Source: Moniliella sp. 'wahieum'
Taxonomy: Eukaryota
NCBI GenBank assembly: GCA_003971905.1
Contig: RSEE01000014.1
Span: 868,001-932,000 of the forward strand
Length of the DNA: 64,000 nucleotides
Direction: 5' to 3'
A program made the position numbers and the translations under genes. Below the pieces are notes generated by a model, which worked only from the letters and a program-made list of their open reading frames with translations, was not told the origin of the DNA and did no database searches. The first letter of the stretch is position 1. Every line of letters starts with the position of its first letter. Positions 1-12,203 of this stretch are shown here, piece by piece.

Positions 1-2590
1 CGGTTGACCAGGTGACGCCCGATTGGTTCCGGTCCGCCGCCGCGGCCGGCACGTCGGCCCAGGTAAACCGTTTGCCCTGCTCATACGCCAAGACCCAGAC
101 GGGGTTCTGGTGCTTGTGGATGGGGTGGGCAACGTCGGCAAAGTCGCCGTTGCCCAAGTCTTCAAAGATAATGTCCACCACCTTGCCCACCTCGACGTTG
201 AGAATGGTCTGCTTGGGGTCGCGAGCCGGGTCGTGGGGCTGATAGAGGATCGGGTGGCTTGGTAATGAGACTGTTGAACGGGACCTGGTTCAGGCAGGCC
301 CAGCTCACCGCGTTGGTCTCATTGATCGTCACACGGAACGTGTAGTCAGCCTTCCTGGGGCGGCGCATGCGACGGGAACGGAGCCAGCGCAGCGTCCGAC
401 TGTGCCTTGCGCCATTCAAGCGCCCCATTGTAGCCCAGCCAGATCTTGGCCTGGCCCTGGGGCGCAACGAGTTGGTCACGGGGCCATCGGCCGCGGTCCA
501 GCCATTGGACCACTTGGCCGGCGCCGGGCAGCGCATTGAGACTACCGTCGCTGCTCTTGACGTAGGGCTGGACCGACCTGGCCGGGTTGGACACAGCACC
601 GCAGGGTAGTCCAACTCTGCGCCCTCGGCACGGGAAATTGGTTGATCACCTTACCGCCCCGGCCCTTTCTTGCTGGGCGACGCTGGGAAGCATCGCCGCT
701 GCTGTGCATTGTGAGAAGGAGAGGGCGTAGGGCGGGAGGTGGGCTGCCCTTGGAGGGAGGTGAGCCGCCTTCGAGCCCGGATGGCCCGATGGCTTTTTGG
801 ACGGCTTGGGCAGCGGTGGGCATGACCCCCGTTGTGCTGGCGCTCGGGTTCGGGCTCGGGGGAGCTCCGCCTCCATGGCTCGTCACTCTACGTCGTCAAA
901 CACGCGTAGCGCCCGAGGCGATCTGCTCGCCGAATGGCACAGCGCAGCACGGATGGTGTACTGGCCCTTGGGCTGGTCAAGCGAACCAGAACGGTTTGGC
1001 GCATGCCAATCGACAGATCGACCACTTGCACCTCCTGAGGCTGGACAAAGGGTCCGTCGGATGCCACCACATATTGCGTGTGTCTAGTCGCGGCCGAAGA
1101 AGAGAACGAATGAGGGTTCAGTTGGTCCTGGTCGTCGGGGACACACAAGCCAAGAAGGAAGAACGACGTACCCATCAATGCTAAAGCACAGCTCATGCTG
1201 CGACGCCGTGTTGACCAAATGGAATGCCGCCCACTTTCCATCGGCGGAGGCGTACTTGGACGCCGGGTATACGCCGTAGGCCGAGGTGGTGCTGGTGCAT
1301 TCGCGCGGATTGACGTTGGACAGACTATCGACAAAGCCAGCGCGCGGGGGGGATGCAACCAGTCGGATCAAGTTTCGAACCGTCGTAGCCTTCGATCCCA
1401 GTCTTGGCTTGGGCAGCAAGGAAGCCGGCGGACGGGCATTGCATCCGGCCTTGCGAGTTGATCAAGACGAGTCGATGCAGTACGGGTCTTGGCCCGTATA
1501 ACGGTACGAATCAGCGCCGAATCCACCGTCTCGTGTCGCCAGTCGTGCAGTTGAAGCACGCCCGCTCGACGGTACGCTTGCTCCATTGAGACTTGGTCGG
1601 CTTGGCTGCTGCTGATCTCTTTCCATGGACCTTGGGTGCTGGCACGCGGGTGAATCACAATCGAGCCACGCGCTCCGTCGGCATATCTTCACACGGTGCA
1701 TGTCAGCACCGTCCACCATCAAGAGAGAAACCCGCTATGGTTTAGGACGACAGAAGATCACCACAAACCTCTCATCGCTGACATGCCGAGGGAGAAGACG
1801 AGTGGGAGGACGGAACGGAAAGGTAGGGAATAGATTGTATATACGTACGTTCCACGCGCGTGCGAGTGTGGTACCAAAATGCGCCATACTGGTGCGCTTG
1901 CCACGTATAAGTGTAGTTGCCATAGGGAACAATGTTCCACTACATAGCGTGGGGAGGGGCATGGCAGACAACAGAAAACAGAGGGGGGGAAACAAGTCAG
2001 CTCCTTCGGTATATACGCTACTGGATGCATAGGGCCTCTGTTGGGCGCATGCGTAGGGTATTGGGATATCAGGGTAGGAAAAGGCGTACCTGAGTCACTC
2101 CGGGACACCGTCATTGAAGGGCTTGAGCTCGATGCCGTGGAAGTGAAGGGTCATCTGGGATGGGTTGGAGTTGAAGGCATGAATGGTCACCGTGTCGCCC
2201 TCGGTGATCTCGATGGTCGGACCGGGGGTCTTGCCATTGATGGTGTCGGTCATGCGCCAGTATCCATCGGGGGCGAGCCAGCGCGGCTCCAGGACAAGGT
2301 TGTACTCGTGGGTGTGGCTGCCATCGGCGTTGGCCTTGACGGTGTGGAAGGGCCCGGAGGGATGGAGCAGGTCAGAGCGGGGACCAAAGAGCGTGTGGTC
2401 AATGGCGCGGAAGGCACGGGGGTGAGGGAGGCTGTTGCCGGCACGGGCGACAGGGGCGGCGGGGAGCATGGTGGCGGGCGTCGTGGTGTTTTCGATGGGA
2501 TGCAGTGGCATAGGGCAGGGTGGATAAAGCAGCCAGACCAGAGAGCAAGGCAAGGGCCTGGCTGGGGGTGGAGAAGAGGCCGAAATGCAT
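1..2590 (-). CDS. Secreted multicopper oxidase (laccase/ferroxidase family); multi-exon, 3' end runs off the window
   Basis: Signal-peptide-like start MHFGLFSTPSQALALLSGLAALSTLPYATA (ATG at 2590). Cupredoxin domain 1 reads APDGYWRMTDTINGKTPGPTIEITEGDTV...TLHFHG...DGVP, and the next exon (~1845-1940) reads WNIVPYGNYTYTWQAHQYGAFWYHSHARG, giving the HxH copper motifs. Domain 2 has HLVNTASQHELCFSIDG and VVASDGPFVQP. Several frameshifts. Confidence 0.9.
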
Positions 2591-3419
2591 AACGGCAGAT
2601 AACGAGTGCACCGAGAGCAGCGCGGGGTCAGCAAAGGAGATGTAGTATGTGATGGGGGGGGGATGGCTGGCAGAGAGAGTGGCGTCGAGGGCTGCGTGGT
2701 TGGGTAGGTATGAGAGATGGAGATGGGGGTGGGGGGAGGAGAGGATAAGGCGGCGGGGGGGAGAAAGGAAACGGGAGAGGGGGGGGGGGGTTATATACGC
2801 CTGCAGGGGTCTATATGTGTCGTAGCAGGGAGGGGGCATGCGATGCAGGGGGTGGCTGCTGCGCCACACGCAAGCAGCATGTAGCGTAGTGGTCTGCAGA
2901 TGGCATGCCGGCATCCTGCAGCTGCAAGGGGATGGTTGTCTCCCTTGCAGGACACCACCCTGCGACGGGGGAATAGGCACGGAGAGGCAAGACGCTGCGC
3001 TGCCTCCATGCGTCTCGGCTGCGACGCAAGGATCTGCAGGGCACAGCGGCGCTTAGCTCTCGGAGTGCACTCGTGGTAGGCACTTGGGCTCTCTCATGCA
3101 TGCAAACGCACCACACCCGCGCGGTGCGCTGCAGTATCTTAGCGCATATCCGCCAGCCCGCGCGCTGCCCACCGCCCCGTTTGCGGTTCGCGTCAGGATG
3201 AGGGAAGAGGCGCAGAACCAGCAGGATCTCCGCAGCGAAGGGGCTGCTGCGCCCGGTGGATAGGCGTCCGCTTGCCAACAAGGCGCTGGGTGGTAGCGAG
3301 GCGGCAAGCGATAACCTCTGGGCTGCCAAGAGGGGGCGGAATGCGGGGTGCGGAAGGCGCGCTGGTGGCACTGCCCGGGACATGTGGGGTGTGGTGCGGG
3401 GCAGCGTGATCGCGGACGG

Positions 3420-6400
3420 ATGATGCGTCAAGCGCATTGGAGCGCCTCAGGAGCGTCGGCTGAGGCCGAGGCCGCGGCTGAGGCTGAGGCACTTCCTTTG
3501 GCAGCAAGTCCGCTGGCCCTTTATCCATCCACCTTCCCCTCGGGCCTCGACCGACCAAGCAGCACAGACTGTCCCCGGCCGAGTGTGGCCCAGCCAGCGG
3601 CAGCATCCTCCCGTCTGCCCCCACCATCCCTCCCGTCTGCCGCCCATCGCGGTGCTGTCTGCAATGGGTCCGCCATCGAGTGCGATCGTCGCGTCGGTGC
3701 GCAGACGCGTTGCAGCCGCACGCGCCACGCCGTTGGGTGGGCGACAGCTGGTATGCCCTCCCCGCTGCCTGGCTCGCCGGCCTTGCCCGCGAACCCCTGG
3801 CCCCATCCGCACCACCAGCCTCGCTGCTCCCGCCGCCGCTCAGCCCCCGTCCCTCCACCCCGACTTGGTCCCCGGGACTGACTACGTCATGGTCCCGGCC
3901 TCCACTTGGAACGCCCTCGTGGTCGCGTACGTCTTGATTCCCCCCGTCCCTGTGCCACTGTACTCACCTCTGTGCCCCGGCCTGTTTTGTGGGTTGTGTT
4001 TGTGCCTAGCTTCGGCCACGAAGGCCCCACCTTTGCCCGCACTGTCATCCCCGGCACAACCCTGGCTCGGAGCGCATCGAACTCTGGCCTCCGTCCATCC
4101 GCCTTGTCCGCATTGCCCTTCCCAGTGCCGTACTCGACGGAGTATCCGAGGCACGTCAGTCCATCTCTGCCGCCACACGGCTCGGTGCGTTCAAGGCCCT
4201 GGTGCGTACCACGTTGAACCTGCCTCAGGTTCCCGACGCGGATGTGCGCTTTTGGCGTCTGCCCGACACGGCTGCCACCGCGGCCGCACCTTTGGATCCT
4301 GCTTCCTTGCCCCCTTCCAGCCCGAGCTGCTCGACGAGCAGGGGTCGAGGTTACCTTGCTCCGACCCCACATTGGAAATGCTGCGGGTGGATGGACCCAG
4401 CGTGACGCTGGCGGTGGATGTGCGCGTACGGGGTAAATGGACGTACGATCCCTCGTCCAGCCGGCCGCAGTCAAGGCCAGCATGCCTCTGGCGAGGGGGA
4501 AGAACAGTCTGTCTGCTGCCACCCCGCAAGACCATAAGGCAGGCCAACGGGAACCCAACGCGCACAAACCTACCGTGTCTGCAACGCCCCAGACTAACGG
4601 ACCAGCTCAGACGAGCTCCTCCAATGGTTCCTCAGCCACACCTTGGGCGCCGGCCTTGGCGTCCGACGCGCCTACCCCCCTGTTCAAACACGTGCCCAAT
4701 GGTCTGGTTGGATTGCAGAATTTGGGCAACACTTGTTATATGAACAGTGCGTTGCAGTGTCTCTCCAACACACCCGAGGTACAGGACTACTTTGTTTCCA
4801 ATGCCTTTCACACAGAGATCAACCGCGATAACCCATTGGGCAACGGTGGTGCCCTGGCCGAGGCGTTCGGCGCGTTGCTCCAACGACTTTGGACCCCAAG
4901 TCGGAGGAAGGTGAGGGCGCGAACGGGAGCAGCAGCAGCAACGGCAACATGCTAGGTCGATACGGGGGGTTGAGAAGAGCAATCAGTCCCCAGGAGTTTA
5001 AGATTGCCGTCTCGCGCTTTGCTCCGCAATTTGCAGGTTATGGCCAGCACGACACACAGGAGTTGTTGGCGTTTCTCCTGGATGGTCTGCATGAGGATCT
5101 GAATCGGATCCAGAGCAAGCCGTACATGGAGGCACCGGATTGGCGCGGCGGGCAGCGACCATGCGCTGGTCCAGTTTGCTCGCAAGCAATGGGACGCATA
5201 CAAGGCGCGCAACGACAGCATCATTGTCGATCTCTTCCAGGGGCAGTACCAATCTACGCTGGTCTGTCCCGACTGCCACCACGTGGCCATCAAATTCGAC
5301 CCGTTCATGTACCTGACCTTGCCCATACCCGATCGGCGGCAATGGACGGGAAGCGTGTTTTATGTTCCGTACGACCCCACCCGCAAGCCCCTCAAGCTCA
5401 CCTTGTCCCTTGCGCACGCTTCGACCATTGCGCAGCTGCGCGCCAAGGTAGGCACCACTGTTGGCGTCGACAAGGACCATTTGATGGTGGGGGAGGTGTG
5501 GCAGCACAGTATCCGAAAGTGGTACCTTGATGGGGAGGGCGTGGCCGGCATAGGATCCAAGGATGCAGTGTACGTGTGGGAGGTACCTGTGCCCGTGCGC
5601 TTGCCGCCCTGCGAAAAGAGTGCGTTCCGCTTTGTTCGCGCCGGTACCCAGCCGGCAACCGAGTACGAACGGCTGGCACCGCCCACCGCTCATCCCTCTG
5701 CCGGCGACTGGGCCATCCTGCCCGTGTTCACCATCCTGGCTCTCTCTGGCACTGACAATCCGCGCTTGGCACGCCGAGGAGGCAGAGCGAACACGCTGCC
5801 GATGGGCATCCCCTTTTTTGCTGCCATCCCCCCCGAGGAGAAAAACGACGCAGAGGCAGTCCAACGCGTCGTCGAGTGGCAGTACACCCGCTACGCCCAG
5901 GAACCCGACACGTTGCACACCCTCCTTCACCAGCGCACCTCACCCACCGAGACGACGGCCATGGACTCCGTCGCGTTAGGTACGGTGCCCAATAGATCGC
6001 GGCCTGCCCCCTTGGGAGAAGAGAAGAAGGTCCTCCCGTCGGTCCCCATGCACAAGGCAGAGGCCGGCCTGGAGCCTACTCCTCTTTCCTCTCCCGTGAC
6101 AGAGAAACAGGTAGCGCCCTCCCTGGTTCCAGCGCCGGCGCCGGCACCTGCTCCTGCGTTCAAGATGTGCTATCTGGCCCGACGCTTTACTTCGCCTCTT
6201 CCCCAGTCGGGGCAGAATTACGATGAGAAGACTGAGCTGTTGGTGCAGCGCGCCGAGCGGAGGGCCAAGGGAACCCACTGGCTCTCCGTCGCAACCCGGG
6301 ACGAGACAGGGCACCCAGAGCAGGTACCTTGGCCCTTGGTCTACACCTCCGGGGCGCTGCTCTGTGTCTGGACCACCGCGGCTGCCAAAGCCGTCTTTGT

Positions 6401-7627
6401 CCCGGGCGAGGGCGAGCAGGACGTGTGGGGGGCGTATGAGGAGCCGGGGCCCGACCGCGCGCTGGCTTCTCACCCGACCACGATGGCATCCCCCTCCCAC
6501 CCCGCGCTCAGCTTGCGCGACTGTCTCGACGAGTTTACCCGCGCCGAGCAGTTGTCCACCGACGATCTCTGGCACTGTCCCCACTGCCGCGAGCTGCGTG
6601 CCGCGAGCAAAAAGGTGGACCTGTGGACCGTGCCGGACATCTTGGTCGTCCACCTCAAACGGTTCTCTACCGGTCGCCACGCGCGGGACAAGCGGGACGA
6701 GGCAGTGAGCTTTCCCCTCACAGGACTCGACTTGAGGAGTACGTGCAGGGCCGCAAGTTGATGGACAAACTAACCACTGAGCGCGCCACCACTGCCTCTC
6801 CTTGTCCGCCTGCCCTGCTTCCCCGCCTTACTCTGATGGCGCGGACGAGCCGGTCACGGTCGGGTCGGAGGACCCGATTTACGACCTCTACGCGGTCGAC
6901 AACCACTTTGGCAGCCTCGGCGGCGGCCACTACACGGCCGCGATCAAGAATAGGCAGGATGGCCAGTGGTACTACTACGACGACGCCTCCGTCCGCCGCA
7001 TCCGGCCCGACGAAGCCCAAACGCGCGCTGCGTACCTGGTTTTACCGTCGCCGTACCGCTCGCGCCGGCCGCCCGGCCCACCGCGCGCAGCAGGACCACA
7101 TAGCGTCGCGTGCCGTTTCCATCTCTACTCTTTCTCCCGTTTCTCCCGTTTCTCCCGGTTCCACCGGCTCCACCACGCCAATACTCCTTCACCCCCACTC
7201 CCTACCCCGCCGCCGGCCCACATCGCTGCCCCGCACGGCGGCTGATCCCACGAGCCACACGGCGTCCGGACAAGCACCCGTCCCGCCCTGCTCCGCACAC
7301 ACCGCCCTTCTCGCTGGGATGACGCACAGAGTCCCACGGGGACAAGGACCAGCCTCCGTGCTCGGGCTGAGCGCCATCGCGATCGGGCGCGCCCAGCACC
7401 CGTCCCCGGCCCGGGCCTCGGGGCCCCATTCACGCTGCCTGGCCCGCGTGCCTGCCACACGTGACACGGAAGCAGACAAAGTCCCCCCACCGTGGCCGGG
7501 GGCGGAAGGTCACCCATGTACCTACCGGCCGGAGGGGGACCGCAGTTCGCTCAGCCGCCCGTCTCACCGTCCCAGTTCGACCGGGTTCAGCAAGCTTCCC
7601 CATCGGCGGGGAGGGACACGTAGCTAG
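3420..7627 (+). CDS. UBP12: Ubiquitin C-terminal hydrolase, USP4/15/Ubp12-like, with N-terminal DUSP domain
   Basis: DUSP-like segments [11 protein letters not shown] and [11 protein letters not shown]; Cys box [46 protein letters not shown]...[19 protein letters not shown]; His box [20 protein letters not shown]. Start (3420 or 3664) and end are approximate because of frameshifts. Confidence 0.88.
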
Positions 7628-8581
7628 GCGGTGCAACAGGCTGAGAAGGAGACGTTGCCGACGCGCTCTGGACGCGGGACGAGGGCGGTGCCTCGGCCGT
7701 GGGCACAAGGGCCGAGGCGGCTGTGCCGGTGCGGAAGCAGATGCTTCCACGCGTCCGTGCACTGCTGCCTGCCTTTTTGGCTTGTGGTGGGCGTGGCATC
7801 GCCGCCCAGGCAGAGGGTGCGGTGGGCAGAGGCGATGGGTGCACTGGGCGGTGGTTCAACGTTGAGTTGAGTGTTGAGTTCAACGTTGAGCGTTCCTGGC
7901 TGGCCAAGGAGGGGGTCCAATGCGATGCAGAGCACGATGGATGGCCACAGTGCGTGTGGGCAAGCTATGTATATTACAGCACGCACAGGCGGAGTAGCAT
8001 CCCCCCCGGCGGTGGCGCTGCCGCTCCCGTCGGCCACGGACGAGCCGCCAAGCGAGCCAGGCTGCACGATGGACGTGGGCATGCGGTGCAGCGTGGATAC
8101 GCCCACGGGGGTTATGCCCATGGGACACACCAGCACGCCTACTCTGCGCTCCGCCTGTCCCGCCTCCGGCCGTGCATTGCGATAATCGACAATCGATAAT
8201 CGATAATCGATAACCACTCCCAGCCGCCTCCATCGGCACCCTGCCTGCCCAGCCTACTTCTCTCGCGCCAGTCTAGCCGCCTCCACCCCTTCTCCTCTCC
8301 CCACAGCCGCACCAACCGACACCTTAGGTCTCAGGCACCTCCCTTATCTTGCTTGCCAACCATACATACCCTATTGTGACTCTGTTTTGTTTTGTTTTTG
8401 TTTTCTTGGCGCAGGCACATGGCACACCCCTCTGTAGCGTCGCCGTTGAACTTCAGCCTGCATCCTGCTTCCTGCATCCTGCTCCCTGCATCCTGCTCCC
8501 TGCCTCTGTCGGGGTCTGTATTAATCAATGGCATTGCGGATAGTTGGTGCACAGAAGAGCTAGCCAGGACATCTGTTTGGC

Positions 8582-9965
8582 TCAAGACTGCTCAGGGTCG
8601 ACGACCACAGCTGTCACCACCGAGCAGTCATCGATCTTGCCGCCTGGATAGTGGATCCCATTCCGCGCTGCCTCCACCATAAACGGAGTGGCCTTGTTGG
8701 GGGAGCCCATGCAGATGACTGCAAAGTGGACAAAGGTACGCGCCAAGAGCGTAGCAATCAAGTGCTGTTTCTCCAGCGCGGGCTTGCCCTGGAACGCGGC
8801 GGGTGTCGGCGGCAAGGGTTCCCCCCTCTGCTCGGAAATCTTCTCGGGCTGCTCGCGCACCAAGCGCGCAATTTCCACCAACTCGGCAAGGTGCACATTG
8901 TCCCACAGGCCATCCGTCGCGGCAACGATAATGTCTCCGGCCTTGAGTTCAATCTCGTTGACCGCCGCATCGCTCGGCTTGTTCTGCAGCGCATCGGGCG
9001 CCTTGCCGGTCAACTTGGACAATTGGTACGGCGCATTGAACGAGTACTGCAGCGGCGGTGCGACGTACAGTACGTTGTCGGAATTTGACCCTTTTTGGTC
9101 CCGCGCGCCTTGCCACGGCTTTGCTCGCCTTGCTCGCCCGCGCCGTCGCGCAGAATAAGGTAGCCACTGTCGCCCAGGTTGGCGCTGCGCAACACGCCCT
9201 TGGCCGCATCCAGCGTGATCACACACGCCGTCGAGCTGCCGAGCGACACGGCGGGTTCGGCGAGCACGGCTTGGTACGCATCGGCCAACAGCTGCTTGGG
9301 CGAGCGGGAGGAGGCGGTGGCCTGGGCAGCCTGCTTGGTGAGGTAGTACATGAGCGCCTGGGAAAACAGCGCCGGGTCCACACCTTCCTCGGTCCATCCG
9401 CCCACGCCGTCAGCCACGGCGAGACACAAGTCGTGCTCGGGCGCGTGCATGGGCGTGATGCAAATCGCATCTTCCCCCGCATCCTCCTCGGGGCCCAACA
9501 ACTTTTCCTTCCACTGCCCAATGCGCGTCTCGGGCCCAAACCCAATCTTGGGCCGCTCCACTTCGCGCGGCACGACCGGCTCGCCCTGCTGCCCTTTCCG
9601 CTCCGCCTCGGCCGCCGCTTCAATCTCCTCGTACGGCGGCTTGCGGAACACGGCATGCGCCGTGGCAAACGCCAACGCGCCCGCGCCCGCCCCTGCACCT
9701 GCACCGCCCGGCACCTCGGACCGCACCGGAGCCGAGGTGGAGAGACGACGCGACGCGTACGCAGGCACACTCATCCCAGCCACCGCGCCCACACCGACAC
9801 CCATGCCTACGCCCAACGAAAACAAGCGCGACGAACGGGCGTGGGCGCGCGCCGACGCGCGCCAACTAGCGCCCCGCACCGCCGTCGACGAGCCGGCCCA
9901 CGCGGCCGGCCCACGCGGAGCGGAAGAAGAGGCGCGTGCAGAGCAAGCGAACGCGGGCGGAGCAT
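8582..9965 (-). CDS. PTC7: PP2C-family protein phosphatase, PTC7-like, probably mitochondrial
   Basis: GEDA...LAVADGVGGW...GVDPALFSQALM, GSSTACV, ANLGDSGY, QYSFNAPYQL, IIVAATDGLWDNV and GGKIDDCSVV. Arg-rich N-terminus; frameshift near 9100. Confidence 0.9.
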
Positions 9966-10601
9966 GGCGCCAGGCAACGGTGGTTGGCCACCAAGCCGCC
10001 CGTGCCGCCCGCAGCCACCCTGGCCACCGCCCAGCTGCCTCACCCGCTTTCTTGGTCCCGCGCCGGCGGCCCGCGTCGGCGTGCGAAGCGCACGGGACAG
10101 CGCGGAATACGCGGCCTCAGCGGGTCCAGCGCACTGGATGGGTGACCCACCGGTCACACGCCCCTCAAAGAAGATTTGCTAAGCGCTGCGCCCCAACAAG
10201 AACAAAAATAGCCAAATCCCCCGCCGCTTGCGTAAGCCGCCTGGCGTTGGCGCGGCCGCGTCGGTGGTGTCTGTCGGGGATGGTCGATGGAGGCGAGGCG
10301 GTCAGGGCGGATGCTCGCGACGCTCCACCAACCAACCCCCGTAGCGCTGAGAGCAAAGCGGCCGCCTTGACGATCCTCTTCCCTTGGCCGGTCGCGCGTT
10401 GCTCCTTGGTGCCTGTTGCCTGTTGCCTATTGTTTGTTGCTTGTTGCTTGTGGCTCGCTCCTGGCTCTTGGCTCTTCGTCTTTGCTCTTGGCCCCCATGT
10501 CGCTCGTGCCTGCTGCTGCGCGCACCATGGGCCCCGCGCCCGGCACCCCTCTCCCTGCCCTCCCGCTCTCCTCTGTGCCGATCAAATCCTTGCCCCCCGA
10601 C

Positions 10602-12203
10602 ATGGCCCATCTCGCCTCCCCTCCGCCTCTACCACCGCCGTTGCACCAGCCGCCACGCAGCCGCTGCCTACGCCCTCGTGGACCGCGACCGCGAACAACG
10701 GCCTCCTCGATGCCCCCGCTGATGCCCCCGCTGATGCCCCCGCCGATGCTCCCGCCGAGTTTGAGTCGGGCGCGCAGGGCACGTTGGACCCAGCGTACGA
10801 ATACGAAGATGAGACGGCCGAGCACGACGGGCACAGTCTGCTGCACGAGGAGGTGGCGGAGGTGAATCAGGACGAGGGAGAAGAACTGCCAGAACAGAAC
10901 ACCAGAAGAAGAGGAAGAGGAGGAAGAGGAGGAGGAGGAGGAGGAAGCGGAAGAAGAAGAGAAGAAGAAATGCAAGAGGAAGTGGAAGAGGAGGAGGCGG
11001 AAGAGGAGGTGGTGGAAGAGGCGGCGGAGGCGCACGACGAGGCCGAGGACGAAGACGAAGATGCGAGCCTTCCGTTTCTGGAGCTGAGCTTTGGCCAAGC
11101 GAAGCTTGCTGTCGTGGGGCTGCACTCGCATGCGCCCGACTTTGTCCCAGACGACGAGGGCGAGGATACGGTTCCGGTGCGGAGGGTGAACGAGGGCCAC
11201 TTGTTGGAGCAACCGTTGGATGCGCTGTTTCAGCTAGTGCGCACGCCCGAGTACTTGGGCGAGGTTTTGCAGGACGACACGGAACTCGTTATGGACTTTC
11301 CTGAGCTGGACTTGCAGCTGACCGAGGTACGTACTTATCTCAATCCCTCCTCGTGGTTCGTGCCAGAGCATACGCTGACCTCGCCTCGGCCGGCCTGGGT
11401 AGGACAATGTGTTTGCCAGGGAGGTAACGTTGAAGGACATGCAGACCTTCCAACTCGCTCTATCTATGCGCGGCGCTCTGCAAATCGTCCTGTCCGAGAC
11501 GACCCGGTTCAAACCGCTTCAATCGCCTCTCCGCCCAGGTCAGCGGTACCTTGGACGAGCCCCACGGGGCTGATGGGGAGACTGCGGCCGAGCAAGTCGA
11601 CGTCGAGGACGACGACGACGATGAGCACGAAGATGGTGTGGCGGTGGGGGAGGCTGTGCTGATGGAAGAAGGGGAGGGGGAGGGGGAGGGGGAGCTACGT
11701 CTGGGTGAGGCACAAGACGTAGCCGCCGAGGAAGAGATGGTCCCCAGTGACGAGCAAGAGCCTGACCATCCCGGTGCCGCCGGTGAGAACGCGGCGAGAC
11801 ACGAAGGACTGGGGATGGCAGGGGACGAGGGTGCGGAAGAAGGCGAGGAGGAGGCGCTGGAGGCGGTTTCGCTAATGAACCAGCAAGAACAAGATGAACA
11901 AGCGGCGAACGAACAGGCGTTCCGACAAGATTACCTTGGCTTTGATCCCGACCACCATACCCGTCTCGCCTTGCCTGAACCCATCAACCGCCAACAGAAA
12001 CGTGCTGCTTGCTCTGCCCTGGAAGGCGAGCCGGTCGACAATCCGGCCACTGCACCCAGTACGTCGCCTTGCTTTGCTTTGCCTTTCATGGGGCTCTCTG
12101 CTCGCCAGCGCGTTTCGCATTTCACGTTTCGCGTTTCGCTTTTCGCATTACTGACCTCGTGTGGATCTTGCCAGCCTCGCCGAAACGAGCGAGACAAGCA
12201 TAG
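10602..12203 (+). CDS. Acidic, low-complexity fungal protein with a DUF2420/Rmr1-like central domain
   Basis: Glu-rich tracts around a core LLEQPLDALFQLVR...ELVMDFPELDLQLTE|DNVFAREVTLKDM (intron ~11327-11402). A second intron (~12059-12174) gives the C-terminus SPKRARQA*, which looks like an NLS. The family assignment is from recall. Confidence 0.5.

Noticed and set aside
7630..8300. Overlapping 100-200-aa ORFs between UBP12 and PTC7
   Set aside because: No family motif, and they include repeat-derived sequence; probably UTR or intergenic DNA.
9350..11662. 770-aa plus-strand ORF
   Set aside because: Its first half is antisense to PTC7 plus promoter DNA, left open because of high GC. Only the part from ~10602 looks like a real gene.
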